NCBI GenBank assembly: GCA_050230475.1
Contig: JBFLGF010000227.1
Location: forward strand, 1 to 55,871
Direction of reading: 5' to 3'
Source of the DNA: Ancylonema sp.
Taxonomy: Eukaryota
DNA length: 55,871 nucleotides
A program made the translations under genes and the position numbers. Shown in pieces: positions 1 through 12,339 of the stretch. The first letter of the stretch is position 1, and each line of letters opens with the position of its first letter. A model generated the notes under the pieces. That model did not search any database. It was not told where the DNA came from and saw nothing but the letters and a program-made list of their open reading frames with translations.

Positions 1-538
1 ATGCCAGCCGATGCAGCTGGGATACCCCGTGGTTGGCCCCCCGTATACGGAGGAGGGGGACGGGGGTTGGGGGAGCCCCCCTCCCCCTTTTCATTTCACA
101 CGGGGGAGCGCATCCCTAGAAGAGCGGATTTTATTCGTATGATTTCGTAGCCAATATGAACCATATGGATCATGTGATATATTTATGTACTTCAGATACA
201 TGGATCTATTCAACACGCGTTTCTAAGTTAAGCAAATGCAGAAGTCGACAGTCGTAGAAACGTAAAGGGCAAGCACACACGTGTCTGTATTTTCCACAAG
301 TGCCATTTCGTTATAAATATTCGCGAACCGCGATTCTACGGGGTTTCGGGTCCGGAATGCCTTAATCTTACGAATAAGTGAAATTCGAGAGATTTACACT
401 TAACATTTCACGTAAAAGAACGTCATTCCGTTACGAGTACGTAATACATAAAATCTAAGGCGGAAATCACCGTTTGACGACCCTAGTTGTAAGGGCCAAT
501 CTCGTTGCAAATTCTTTAAAATCTTAGAGTATTTGTTA

Positions 539-2305
539 GCGCCACAACAACGATGACCACATTGACGCCTTCAGGTTTTTTGAAATTTATTGTCCTTGCT
601 AAGGATTTCGAAACATAACTTAAACTTGGAACATCGGCGATATCGCAAGTAAAGCCCTTAGACCATATCTATGCGTTTGCCATGTACAATGGAGCCTGTC
701 TTAATTGATATTGTGCTAATCAATAACATGTCTTACGTCCCAAAAAAAAAAAAACCCGCCCGATTTCGGTTATCACCCAAAATCTGACGTGGTAATTGAT
801 GTTTTTTCCCTGTCCCATAAGTATTGAATAAGACAAGTTTTGATATAATAGAAATAAAACAATTGACTTCTCAAATGATTATGGTTTTTTAATATGTCTC
901 TCAATATCAACGGAGTCATTTGTGCGACCTCAAACGTGGGCTCCTACCGATTTCACACAAGGAAAGTTTTGTGTATCCAAACACCGAGAGAATCACGCAT
1001 TCCACCATCCACATGGTAAATTGGACCATGTGCTAACATGATATGTTGCTACAACAATGTTTTAAGATTCAGCGACGGAATCCTTGGGGGGGAACAATTT
1101 ACTCCCAACCCCCCCATCCCTCATTGATTACCTGATTTGAATCAATGCGTATTGCAACATATAGCGCCACAACAACGATAACCACATTTATGCCTTCATT
1201 TGTTTTCTATTTGCTTTTCCCTTTTCTATAGATTTCGTAACAGAACTTAAGCTTGGAACAATGGCAATGTCGCGGGTAAATCCCGTAAATCATATCAATG
1301 CGTTTGCCGTGTACTGGAATAAAAAATCTGTACTTCTCAAATGTAACCTTGTTCAAACTTTTTGTTGCACTGATGATTTTGAGGTTGTGTGCATCATGAA
1401 TCTCTGCATGCTTTTGGGTGCAAGATAATGAATCGTGTTCACCTCCCATTCATGTGTAGTAGGGTCATACACAGTTTATGTGTCTGGGTCCGAAAGTGGT
1501 GTCTCCGAATAATGATGTGCTCATACCCTTCTTGTGCCACCAAGATCTTCAAAATATGCAAAAAAATATTCATCCTCGTTAGTTGCAAACATGCTTTCAT
1601 CATTGCCCTTCAATAAGGTGTTCATTGTGGTGAAGGTGGCATCTAGCAAAAACGGTTGGTTCATATACGCTACCCCACAAAGCTTGAGGTTGTATTTTGT
1701 GTTGGTATGCAGCCCATTGATGGTGATCGGAACTTATCCATATTTTTCGACCGTGGTGTCCCAATCCGCTCGATAAAGAAATCGATGGCCCCAGTTTTCG
1801 ACGACCCCTCCGATTGGTACTACGCACGAGCTGCCAAGTAGGATCAAGTACTTGTTAGATGGTGACAAGGTGAGTCTGATTGGGATTGTGGTCTGAAATC
1901 TTCCCTGAACGATGGTAAATGTTGTAGATGACCCAGCAAGTAACTCACAAAAATGTGTTGACTTGACCCGATGAGGTGAGGTATTCTTCACGTAGATCCA
2001 AATCCGCCTTGATGATGCAAAGTTGTTCGGTCATGGTCATACCGATCATGCAATCACCGGAACCGGTATCGACCACCATGTCACCAATTGGTTTTAGCCC
2101 GCAATGAAAAAAATGCGCTTGATTTTCAATCAAAAGCATCATGTATTCCACCGTCTTCATGGTACATTGGACCATGGGCTAACAAATTATGTTGCTACAA
2201 CGATGTGCTACGATTGTGCAATGGAATCCCTGCGGAGAACCAAGTTACTCCTCCCCTCTCTTTCCCTCATCGATAACCCAATTTGAAGCAATGTGGATTG
2301 CAACC
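539..2305 (-). pseudogene. Degenerate retrotransposon fragments including a retropepsin (aspartyl protease) remnant
   Basis: Minus-strand translation gives KPIGDMVVDTGSGDCMIG (DTG motif, ~2060-2100) and, after a frameshift, KYLILLG (resembles the retropepsin C-terminal ILG motif). Diverged duplicated blocks at 539-700/1163-1320 and ~1005-1160/2145-2305. Confidence 0.55.
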
Positions 2306-2479
2306 TACTTTGCGTTCTACGTTTATCAATCTACACTGCAAATGCGATCATGTAATGCGCACGTCTAATATACGATCATCAATGCATAAAAAGTCGATAC
2401 ATGTTTTTTCAAGTTGTCAACATCTGTCGCATTCAACATGAACAAAGACGAGACAAACATATAACGTATTAGTTTAAAC

Positions 2480-2980
2480 TACAACATCTTGTACAACAAC
2501 GTGTGGCACAGTTTCTTACTTTAAAGGCCAAACGCACGACAAAGTGAATAACGTGTCGATATTTTAAATGCATAGCGCGACATGTAAAGTATATTGAAAT
2601 TCGAAATGTCGATAACCCCGGCAATAAAATCCAGCCGTATATAAAATCAGTGAGGTTCGATGCTTTCATCGTAAGTACACATTTATAATTTAGCAATTGT
2701 TACGTCAACTAGAACCTAGAGTGCCAATCTATCGATTGCCACCTTGTGCTGAAATTAAACTTTGGTTTGAACGTTGAGGTTAGAACCGCATCTCTCAACC
2801 ACATATGAGACTTATTTGAGTCGTCACATTTGAATAGCTTCTGTTGTCATATTGTGCCGTCAATATTTATTTTATATTATCACTTTGATTTGCATTTTAT
2901 ATATCCTGCAATGATCGGTTTTCTCCATCCTTGTTTGTGATTTCATCAACTTCGTGAAGCGTCGCTCGACTAACGTTTTT
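2480..2980 (+). repeat. Highly diverged fragment related to the A module
   Basis: gtcgataaccccggcaataaaatccagccgta (~2608-2639) matches gtcgatattatctcggcgataaaatccagccgta in the A copy at ~15378-15411; weaker matches flank it. Confidence 0.45.
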
Positions 2981-3725
2981 GAATCTTGTTAGTACTCTGA
3001 TTTGTCACTTCAAATTGCACTCTGTTGTGTTGTTGTTTGCAAGTATTGTCATGATGCATCGTTGTCTTGGCGTCTCGTTTGTTTTTGTGTTATTGCGACG
3101 TGACCGATGTTATCGACAGTTTGCGGTTCACAATTTGGAAGTAGCGTAGTTCTCTTCATGACAATTAATGGTTTGTCTTGCCTTTCAGCAATTGTCTATG
3201 TTTTCGCGAAGTCCCCCGAAATAAGGACACACATTTTGACATCCAGTAGTGAATGTCCTTAAACAGTGAATTAGGACATCTGTCGATATAAGAACATTTT
3301 TTTTGATTTTTTTTGGTCCTTATATCGGGGGAGCACTGTATGGTGCAGTAGGTCTGGGGTCGGGGACGAGCGCCGAGTATCGCCGGAATGTACGTTTTTG
3401 CCACGTTCAGGAACGGCCGATAACCGGATGTGACCCTTTCCAGCCCCGGCTCGCAATCGATCGCCTAATCGCGGACCGTTGCCGCGCTACATGTCACCGC
3501 TACTTTGCAGGCCTGTGCTGCGAATCTTCAAACCCTGGAACACAAGTTCTTTCGGAGTACGTCATTCATGGTGGTGTACGGCCGTCTAGGTTTTTGTACT
3601 GTCTGACACAGGGGCAAGCGAGGTTGCACCGCGGAATCAGTAGCCAATGTTACTAGCTTCTTGTCCTCTTGCAGCATTTCCGAATTGAATCGCGGATTCG
3701 CAGGCTGGTTTGGTAGGCAGGGATC

Positions 3726-6700
3726 ATGGCGCGGCCAAGTTGCAGAATACTGCAAACGGCCTTGCTCTTTCTCGCATGGACATTCAGATGTGCGGCTGCG
3801 GACTATCTTCACAAAGTGGGTATTTATAAGGTTTTGCCTTGGTGTGATGGGCGTTGAGGTTACGTGCTTAGTTGCTTCAGTTCCCGAGTGGTAGCTGTCG
3901 TGCAGGCAATGCGGGACACACATGTGTAATGGCTTTTGCTCTGAGTCGGACCTAATTCAGATGCGGTTGTTGTGATTGTGGTCTGCAGTATGCCATCGGC
4001 GACAAGGTGAACTTGTGGGTGAATAAAGTCGGACCATACAACAACCCTCAGGAAACGTACAATTACTATGAACTTCCCTTCTGCAAGCCTACGGAATCGA
4101 AGAGGCCGGAGCATAAGTGGGGCGGTTTGGGGGAAGTTCTTGAAGGCAACGAGCTCATTGACAGTCAAATGGAGTTCAAATACAGGAGTGAGTGCTTATC
4201 GCTATTTACTATAGCGGCACGAAAGACTTCTATTTTACGGATCTTTATGGTCGGGTTTATCTTATTCACGCATGCCCGGTTATTGGATGTACAGGGCAGC
4301 CTGGATCAAGGTGCCGAAAAGTTGATTTTGTTACTTGTAATCTAGTAAATCTCGTATTGTCCTCTTATGTCATACCCGCTTTCAACCAAGAGGAGTGTCC
4401 TATTCGCAGTGGACATGCCCAAGAAAACCATTTGCTCAGACACCCTCGACGTGGAGAAGTCGAAGAAATTTAAGTACGCTATTGAGAACCACTATTGGTA
4501 CGAGCTGTTTATGGGTGAGTCCTCTCTCTCCTTGCGGGCGGAATGCGGAGGGTGTTAGTTCTCGCGCATTCCAACTGAAGTTGTCTGACTGCAACTTGCG
4601 CATTCTAGGTTTACTGATTAAATTAACGACGATCTAACGCGGCCTCTGGCTGGTCTTTCTGGGTTTTTTTTTAATGCAGATGATCTGCCGATATGGGGTG
4701 CGTATTGCTAAACCTTTCCAACCACCGGCAAGCATTTCAGTCGAATGCTTGTCAGTATAACAAGACGAGTAGTCAAAGCTTTCAGGTTGCGAGTCTTGAT
4801 TGTTGTCAGTTCTGCCGGTCAGCAAGAGAGGTCTTACAAGAAGTATGGGGAGGGCTTTGTTGGGCTCACAGGATTCGTTGGGGAGTCTACCCCTTCTGAC
4901 AAGGCCGAAGGAGGCACTGGAGAGGAGCAGATCTCTATTTACACACACAAGAGTTTCGACATCAATTACAATGGAGATCAGGTAAGTAAATTTGAGGATA
5001 GCTGTGTGGACGTCCACTTACTATCGGAAGTGAATGGTGAGACGAAACGAAGTTTGAACTCGTACAGTATGGTATATCAACCTCAGTGTTGCAATACATG
5101 CACCTTCGGTCGAGCGTTTGTGGAAGGAATATCATGCCAGCTGAGGAGATCATAATTTGTTGGCGTGCAGATCATTCAAGTGAATCTAACATCAGAGAAT
5201 CCGCGGCCCATCAGTCCCACCACTCTGCTGCAGTTCACTTACTCAGTAAAGTGGGAAGCCACGGACATCCCCTTCTCAAAGCGATTTGACCGCTACCTTG
5301 ACTACAATTTTTTCGAACACCAGGTATGGATCAACCCGCTGACCCTCCAGCTGATGTTTTCAGGGACTCGAAGCCAAAGCCTTTCCATAATTTTGTGTCG
5401 GTTGCCAGGATGTGCCTGATTTCTCTAAGCCTGGTTTGAACTTATGGCTGTCGGGCTGCAGATTCACTGGTTTTCCATCTTCAACTCCTTCATGATGGTC
5501 ATCTTCTTGACCGGATTGGTGTCGATGATCCTCATGCGCACTCTGAGGAATGACTATGCCAAGTATGCCCGGGAAGAAGACGACCTGGAGACGTTGGTAA
5601 GGACTGCATGTCTGCTTCGGGGGGGGTCAAATGTGGATACGGCGACTGCAGCAGTCAGGGGCCTTGGGTTTATCCACAGAAGAACCTTGGAGGTCACGCT
5701 GGGACATGAGCCAAGATGCAGACGCGAGTAGCTGCCCTGGTTTCTCACGCCCTGCTGGTGTGACGGGGTTGCAGGAGAGGGATGTGAGCGAGGAGTCAGG
5801 ATGGAAGCTGGTGCACGGGGACGTGTTCCGTTCCCCACGATACCTCGTGCTGCTCTCGGCGCTGGTGGGGACGGGAGCGCAGCTGTCTCTACTCGTGCTC
5901 TTCGTCATCCTCATCGCCATCGTGGGCATGCTCTATGTCGGGTAAGGAATCGAGCGGTGGTAATACTTACCAGATGGAAGCTGAGTTAGGACTGCGTATT
6001 CGTATGTATGTAGGGGAAAGACAGCTCTTTTCGTGTTGTTTATATAATTTTGAGAAAGGCCAAGTTAGGCGTTTTAGACCTCCAGACGGCCCTGAATGCT
6101 TGATTGGCCGCTGACGGTTCACATGAGTCTGTGTGCAGGCGCGGCACCATCGTGACAGCCTTCATTGTCTGCTATGCGCTCACTTCCTTCATTGCAGGCT
6201 ATGTGAGCGGAGGGTTCTACTCACGAAATGATGGTGAGCTGGGGCCTTTTCACAAGATGGCTTCTTGGGAGTACAAATCTGGATAGGAACTAGTTGGCTC
6301 AGGTTCGGACAGGAGGACTTTTACGCATTATTTCTTATGTGTGCATGTGCTGTGTGGCATGCTGAAAGTGTCTCATGGTGCTATTGGGTGGGGTGAGCAG
6401 GGAAGCACTGGATGAAGTCCATGCTGCTCACCGCCTCCCTCTTCCCCTTCACTTGCTTTGGCATCGGCTTTGTCCTGAACACCGTGGCCATCTTCTACCA
6501 TTCCCTGGCTGCCATCCCCTTTGGCACCATGGTAGGGAACTCCTTCCGCCACTTGTGCCCCATGGTTGTGATCCGCATTCTGAAGCTGGAAGCCCAACAT
6601 CTCTGTCCCTTGTGTCAGTCTGTCTTGGAAATAGGAAAGGCTTGTGCAAAGTGGGGGGGACAGCTGGAAGGCGGATGTCTTTTCGAGACGCAGGTTGAAC

Positions 6701-7780
6701 TTCTTTTTGTTTTTGTTTCGTGTGTATAGGTGGTGGTGTTCGTGATTTGGGCCTTTATTTCCTTCCCCCTGGCCACGGTGGGCACTATTGTGGGCCGCAA
6801 CTGGAGCGGCACACCCGACAACCCCTGCCGAGTGAAAACCATCCCCCGCCCCATCCCCCAGAAGAAGTGGTACCTCACCCCCTGGGTCGTGTCCCTCATG
6901 GGAGGACTCCTGCCCTTTGGCAGCATCTTCATTGAGATGTACTTCATCTTCACGTCCTTCTGGAACTACAAGGTGAGAGGGGAAGCAGGTGCTGTTTTTG
7001 GGGTTTATCACTACTTTGGCACTTGTCTCTGCAAAGGAACAAGTTCTGCTACTGGCAGTGAGGCCAAGTGGCATGTGCTGACTGTCTGGCAAGTACCAGG
7101 GAGGTATGGCGGGGATGCCTGTCGCCTATCTGCCTGGTTAGGAGCTTGGATGCCATGGACATCCCTCCCGTGCCACCTATAAGTCTGACAGCTGTCGCTG
7201 GCCACGTGGATGCCAGGTGTACTACGTGTACGGTTTCATGTTGTTGGTGTTCCTCATCCTTATCATCGTCACGGTGTGTGTTACGATCGTGGGAACCTAC
7301 TTCCTGCTCAATGCGGAGAACTACCATTGGCAATGGACTTCCTTCTTTTCGGCCGCATCAACAGCGGCCTACGTGTATCTCTACTCCATCTACTATTACT
7401 TCATGAAGACCAAGATGTCGGGCTTCTTCCAAACCACATTCTACTTTGGATACACGCTCATGTTTTGCCTTGGCCTCGGCATTCTGTGCGGTAAGTTGCC
7501 GTGGATACGGTGAGAGGAAAGAGAAGGATGGGTTTATTGTCGAAGCTTGACTGCTATCTTCTTGTCGTCGCTAAAATGTGGAGTGAGGCTTGGTATAGGC
7601 AGTGGGGTTGGAAGGTGTTTAGAGGCTCATGTCTCATACGTTTTGATTTGGGAATGGGTTATGTTTGCGGAAGGGATGGAAGTCATGTTGATGGTGCAAG
7701 TGTGATTTGCAGGTGCCATTGGTTACCTTGGATCCTCCATGTTTGTGAGGCGTATCTACCGCAATATCAAATGCGATTGA
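3726..7780 (+). CDS. TMN1: Transmembrane 9 superfamily protein (TMN1/EMP70 family, TM9SF3-like), 13 coding exons
   Basis: Exons 3726-3815, 3989-4187, 4410-4514, 4680-4697, 4872-4981, 5171-5323, 5462-5596, 5775-5941, 6139-6233, 6401-6531, 6730-6972, 7217-7490, 7713-7780, all GT-AG. Signal peptide, [56 protein letters not shown], and C-terminal IYRNIKCD (KxD/E motif). Confidence 0.96.
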
Positions 7781-10700
7781 GGTGTAGACTTATCGGCAAT
7801 CAATGTCATGGGCGGTTAGACAGTATGTGGAAAAGAGAGAGGAGATGTCAACGTTAAGGTAGGGAGCTTGTGTTGAGAAGCAAAAGTCCTCAGTGAAGAT
7901 GTTTGATTTGGCATAATCCTGTAGGATTGCCGCACACATTGCAATGGTAGATGTGTTCGTTTATTGTTGAGTTTTTGCAATTTGCTGCCTCAAATGTATG
8001 GACTCCTCTAAGGCTCTGTTATTGTTAGTGCCCTCACTTTTCACGAAGTTGTCATTTAAATTTGGCAAGGTCTGTTTTGCCTTCTTGTCAATTATTTGGG
8101 TCAACACTTGTGGTCCTCAATTTCCTTGCACGACCGTTTACTTCCACACGCTACTTTCCCCTCCAAGTTGTGATGACAAAATTATCTAACTACATTATTT
8201 GTCCCCGTTTCTGGTTGTCGATTATAATAGAAGTGCGATTGTGAGGGATTTTTTTTTTTGGGGAGGGTAAAAATGTTATACCGCGGGAAGGAAGAAAACC
8301 CTAAAATTCACCCGGTTTGTCCGGTTCCGAAACGGTTCCACCTGGGGACCCGTTCCAAAAAAAAAGAGAAAATACGGTTCGTGCAACTTTGCAACCAACC
8401 TTCCGTTCCTTCAGCCCTAGTTCATTGTCAAATCGAATGCCTTTAGTGGTTCAAGAGGGGAGGCAGAGTCTATCAATTCTCAGGAAATTGCAATTGTGGG
8501 ATCTCTCTATGCAATCGAGAACGAGGGTGCATAGATTTGCAAGTTGGTCGAACACATTTAGATTGTAAGTTAAATGTCAATTTCATGAGTTTTTTTCAGT
8601 CATAGACTCTTCTTATAAAGACCGAGAGTCATTTGCTTGTTAAGATGAGATACATCATGAGCGCAACAATACTTGTGATGTCCTTTCATTCATGTTTATA
8701 CGAACATTATGATCCCTTTAATCACTATATATCCATATCGTGAAATTGCGATAAGAAATAGTGGTTATGGCTGCGTATTGTAGTCCTCGTTGTCCTTGGA
8801 CATGTTTGTGCATGATAATAACAAATATGTATGAAGAGATGATGTACAATTACAACTAGCACGAACTCACACACATCAATGAACGGTTCAAATGTCAAAA
8901 TATATGCTTTTGTGTGAAACGGCGTTTTTTCTTCATAATTGACAGTTTCTTCATAAGGTCGCCAATGAGTTTAGTGACATGATTTGGCTCCGAAAACACC
9001 TCTTTCGTGGGTTATAAACAAATTAAGGTTTTTATTATTTATTTATTTTAGGGTAATTTATGTATCAAGGGAGTTTTAAAGCCTTTAAAACCCAACCCTA
9101 CATATATCCATTCGAATGGCACGTTAGAGGCGTCATCATTGTCTTCAAAGTTTGTAAAAACCCCAAAAAGATGTCTACCTTAGCAATTTAGCAATTGAAA
9201 ACCGGTTTCTGAGTTAATGATCCCCTAGAAAGCAATGTAGGGGCCATGCAGCCGCTACGGTAGGCTGAAGTGCAAAGGCTGGTGCCGACCCTCTCAAAGA
9301 CTGTTCCTGGCCAGCTTCTGCATTAGGCCCATCAGTGAAGAGCTTTGGTGTCTTCCCCAATTGCATACATTATTACGAACATTACGGACGCAACTTCCGA
9401 ACACTAAGACAAAGCACTACTTTTTCTTTTGGGTACAATACCATGAGCAGTGACTCGCCTGATGTCGGGGAAAGTGGAGATGAGCCACTCCCTAAAGTGG
9501 AGATGGACCCTAACTGCTCCTCAGCAGCTGACTTACTCACCATACTCAGCCCTCCAAAACGTCAGGAAGAGCGCGACTACAAGCAGTATTACGTCGCAGG
9601 TGTGATTGGGCACATAAAGATGGTGCTGACGATTGAGTAGCTGCTTGCTGGGCAGGTGGCGGTGTTGCCGATCGTTGAAAATGACTACATTTCAATGACC
9701 GACCATCTGGTCTTCTCTGACATAGGAAGAGACTACGGATCTTCCACTGACAGTTAGGCACGTCGATGCCAGATACTGGCTTTTCGGGCTTGTATTCGCA
9801 TCACTCAAATTTAGTTGAATTTTCAAGTTGCAGCAGCCGACGAGACACTTCGGACTGGATCATTGTTTTCCGCGTGCCGAAAGAGCGCGAACCTATGATC
9901 CAGGTCTGATTTTTGCGGTCGCAGATGTTGGTGGAATACCTTACAACGACCAAATTGTATACCGACATGCCAACGGGTAAGTTAGCTTCGCCATTAGCCC
10001 CAGTCTTTTGAATCTACACATGCTAAGAATTCGCTAGAAGCTTGTAAACTTTCTGTGTTTTTTTTAATCTTAGGATCTCTGTCTGACATCATTTCTCGTC
10101 TGACAGGCTATGCGTTGTGGGGTTAGCACCTGGCCATGCCATCTTCAGAGAGGATCCTAGATGCAGCGTTGCCGAGGTGGATTTCACTTTAGGGAGCCGA
10201 AAGAAGCCCTTTGTGCAAGTAACTGGGAAATTTAAAAGAGTGAGTAGGGGGCGGAAGGCTGGCCATAGTGGCATGGTATGTTGGTTATGGTTTCAGTGTC
10301 CCAAGGGTGCGGTAATAAAACTAGTCGGTGGACAGGCAGGGGTAAAGCGTGATTGTCCGGGGTTATGTGGGGTGGGCAGAGCAGAACGCCCTTCATATGG
10401 ACGCTGCAACCCCGCTGGCCCAAGTGAAGCTTAATGACAGCCGCTGCTTTACCATCAGGTAAACAATCTGGCTGGAGTGGCTGTCGTGCCACGCACTAAA
10501 TGCAGACGTGGTTGTGCTGGGGCTCATATTTTCGCAACCAGGGAATGTGGTCAGTAAGTGTGAATGAAGATTTAATTTTGCTGAGTTTGGCATGTGGATA
10601 TGAGTGGAGATAGACGTTATCCTTAGAAGTTCACGTGGTCTAATGCTGCTACTTTACATTTGGTAAGGCCACAAATGGTGTCCAATGTGTTGAAGGGCAT

Positions 10701-12027
10701 GAAATGCAGTCAGGTGTAGCAATTACTTGCGTTGACACAAACGGATCCCACTTTCACTTGTGCTGGCGAAAGCATTTGGTGGTATGTAGGATTGTGAAGT
10801 CTGTTGTCGCCAGGTTATTGTAGTGTCTGCGTGCACCCAGGGGGCATTGCTTCTTGCATGGGGACTTGGCAGATGTTGCGTGAAAGGCTCTCTGCTGGAG
10901 GTGAACAGCCGACTCAGAGATGATCCTGCTCTGCTCCATACCCAGGTGAGGGCGGACACTGGCCTGAACAAATCATGGGAAAGGAATTAGGGGGCTAGTC
11001 TTCATGCCCCCAAGTTTTGGAGAGCTGCAATCGCACATGTGAAGTTGGAAATCAGACATCCTGCCTCTGCCATCTTACCTTAGATCCAGAAAGGAAAGGC
11101 TGGGGAGGAGGAGGAGCTTGAAGGGTTGATGTGGGGGTGAATACATCATCACAAACATGATTTAGGTGCCTATGTAGAGTGTTGCTGACGCACAAAGGGC
11201 CAAATATAAAGGTGTTGCAGATGCTTGTGTCAAGCAAGTCAAATTTCATGTGATGGGGCTTTGTTCAAGCGGCCATCCGACTTAGTGCGTTATCAAATTG
11301 TTGTGGGCCGTTTTTTTTAAGAAAAAAACTGAGGTATTTTTTATGGTGGGAGTCGATTACCAGGGCTGAAGAGAAGGTGGTGGGTGTTCAATGGTTTACA
11401 GGCATCTTCCGAAGGGTTCTTTGCCATTTTGATGCCGCGAGTGGTGGATTGGCCGCAAGGGGCTCCAAATCTGCAAACTGTGGACGAGTACCGGTCTCTG
11501 AGGGGCATCAAGTAGAGTATAAACTAGGAGGGTCTGAATGTGTTGCCGCTTTGTCACATTGGAAGGACGCACAACCTGTTTTGCCTGAAATAATGAGCAA
11601 CATCAAAGTATTTACACACTGGCAGATACTTGCAGTCACTATTGTTCCTCGAGGAAGAAAGAAACGATGTTTAAGTTTGGGAAGGAGGTAAATGTATTTC
11701 GCCCCAATGTATAGTTAATGTGTCTTCATTAGACTAGCACACCAACCCATGGTCATATTTTTTTTTTGGTGATGTTTCTACATTGTGAATCTTGTTTGAG
11801 GGATATCCGTCTTGTTGGGTTGATGTAGGTTATCAACACACATTATGCCCAACAACCGCCTAAAGACCACTTTCGCTTGTAAGTGTCGCGGTTTGATGAG
11901 TCCAGTTATTGCAGCCCGCTCTTGAGATTATGGTTGGCAAACACTAACCCACGATCGCAAACTTGCGGGTTGTAAGGGTCGCGCAATTTGTGGAATCGTT
12001 CCTTGTGCATAAAATATTGTTTGGAAA

Positions 12028-12292
12028 CATAATTGAGCCAAATCCGATCGGGGTATCTGCGGTCCGGCGGCGATCCGGATCCGGTCCGATCTGGTTGCGA
12101 TCCGGATTGGGGACGCTACCCACACACGAAAATATAAGGCGAAATAAAAGTTCTACAAGCACAAAATGTGACCAAAACATAAAAAAAACGTGTATGTTTC
12201 CCCACCCTCATGATTTGACCAAATCCGATCAGGTGATCTTTGATCCGGCTCCAATCCAGATCGTCGATTCGGCGGGATTGGTTCCATGTATG
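12028..12292. mobile_element. hAT-type MITE or terminal fragment with GATCCG/CGGATC subterminal repeats
   Basis: Starts cataattgagccaaatccgatcgggg, similar to the reverse complement of the end at 54260-54284 (catagttggtctcgatccgatcgggg). Dense gatccg repeats; no clear TSD. Confidence 0.45.
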
Positions 12293-12339
12293 CTGCAAAA
12301 TGATACGCAATCACGAAAGGAAGGATGTATATTCCGTAT

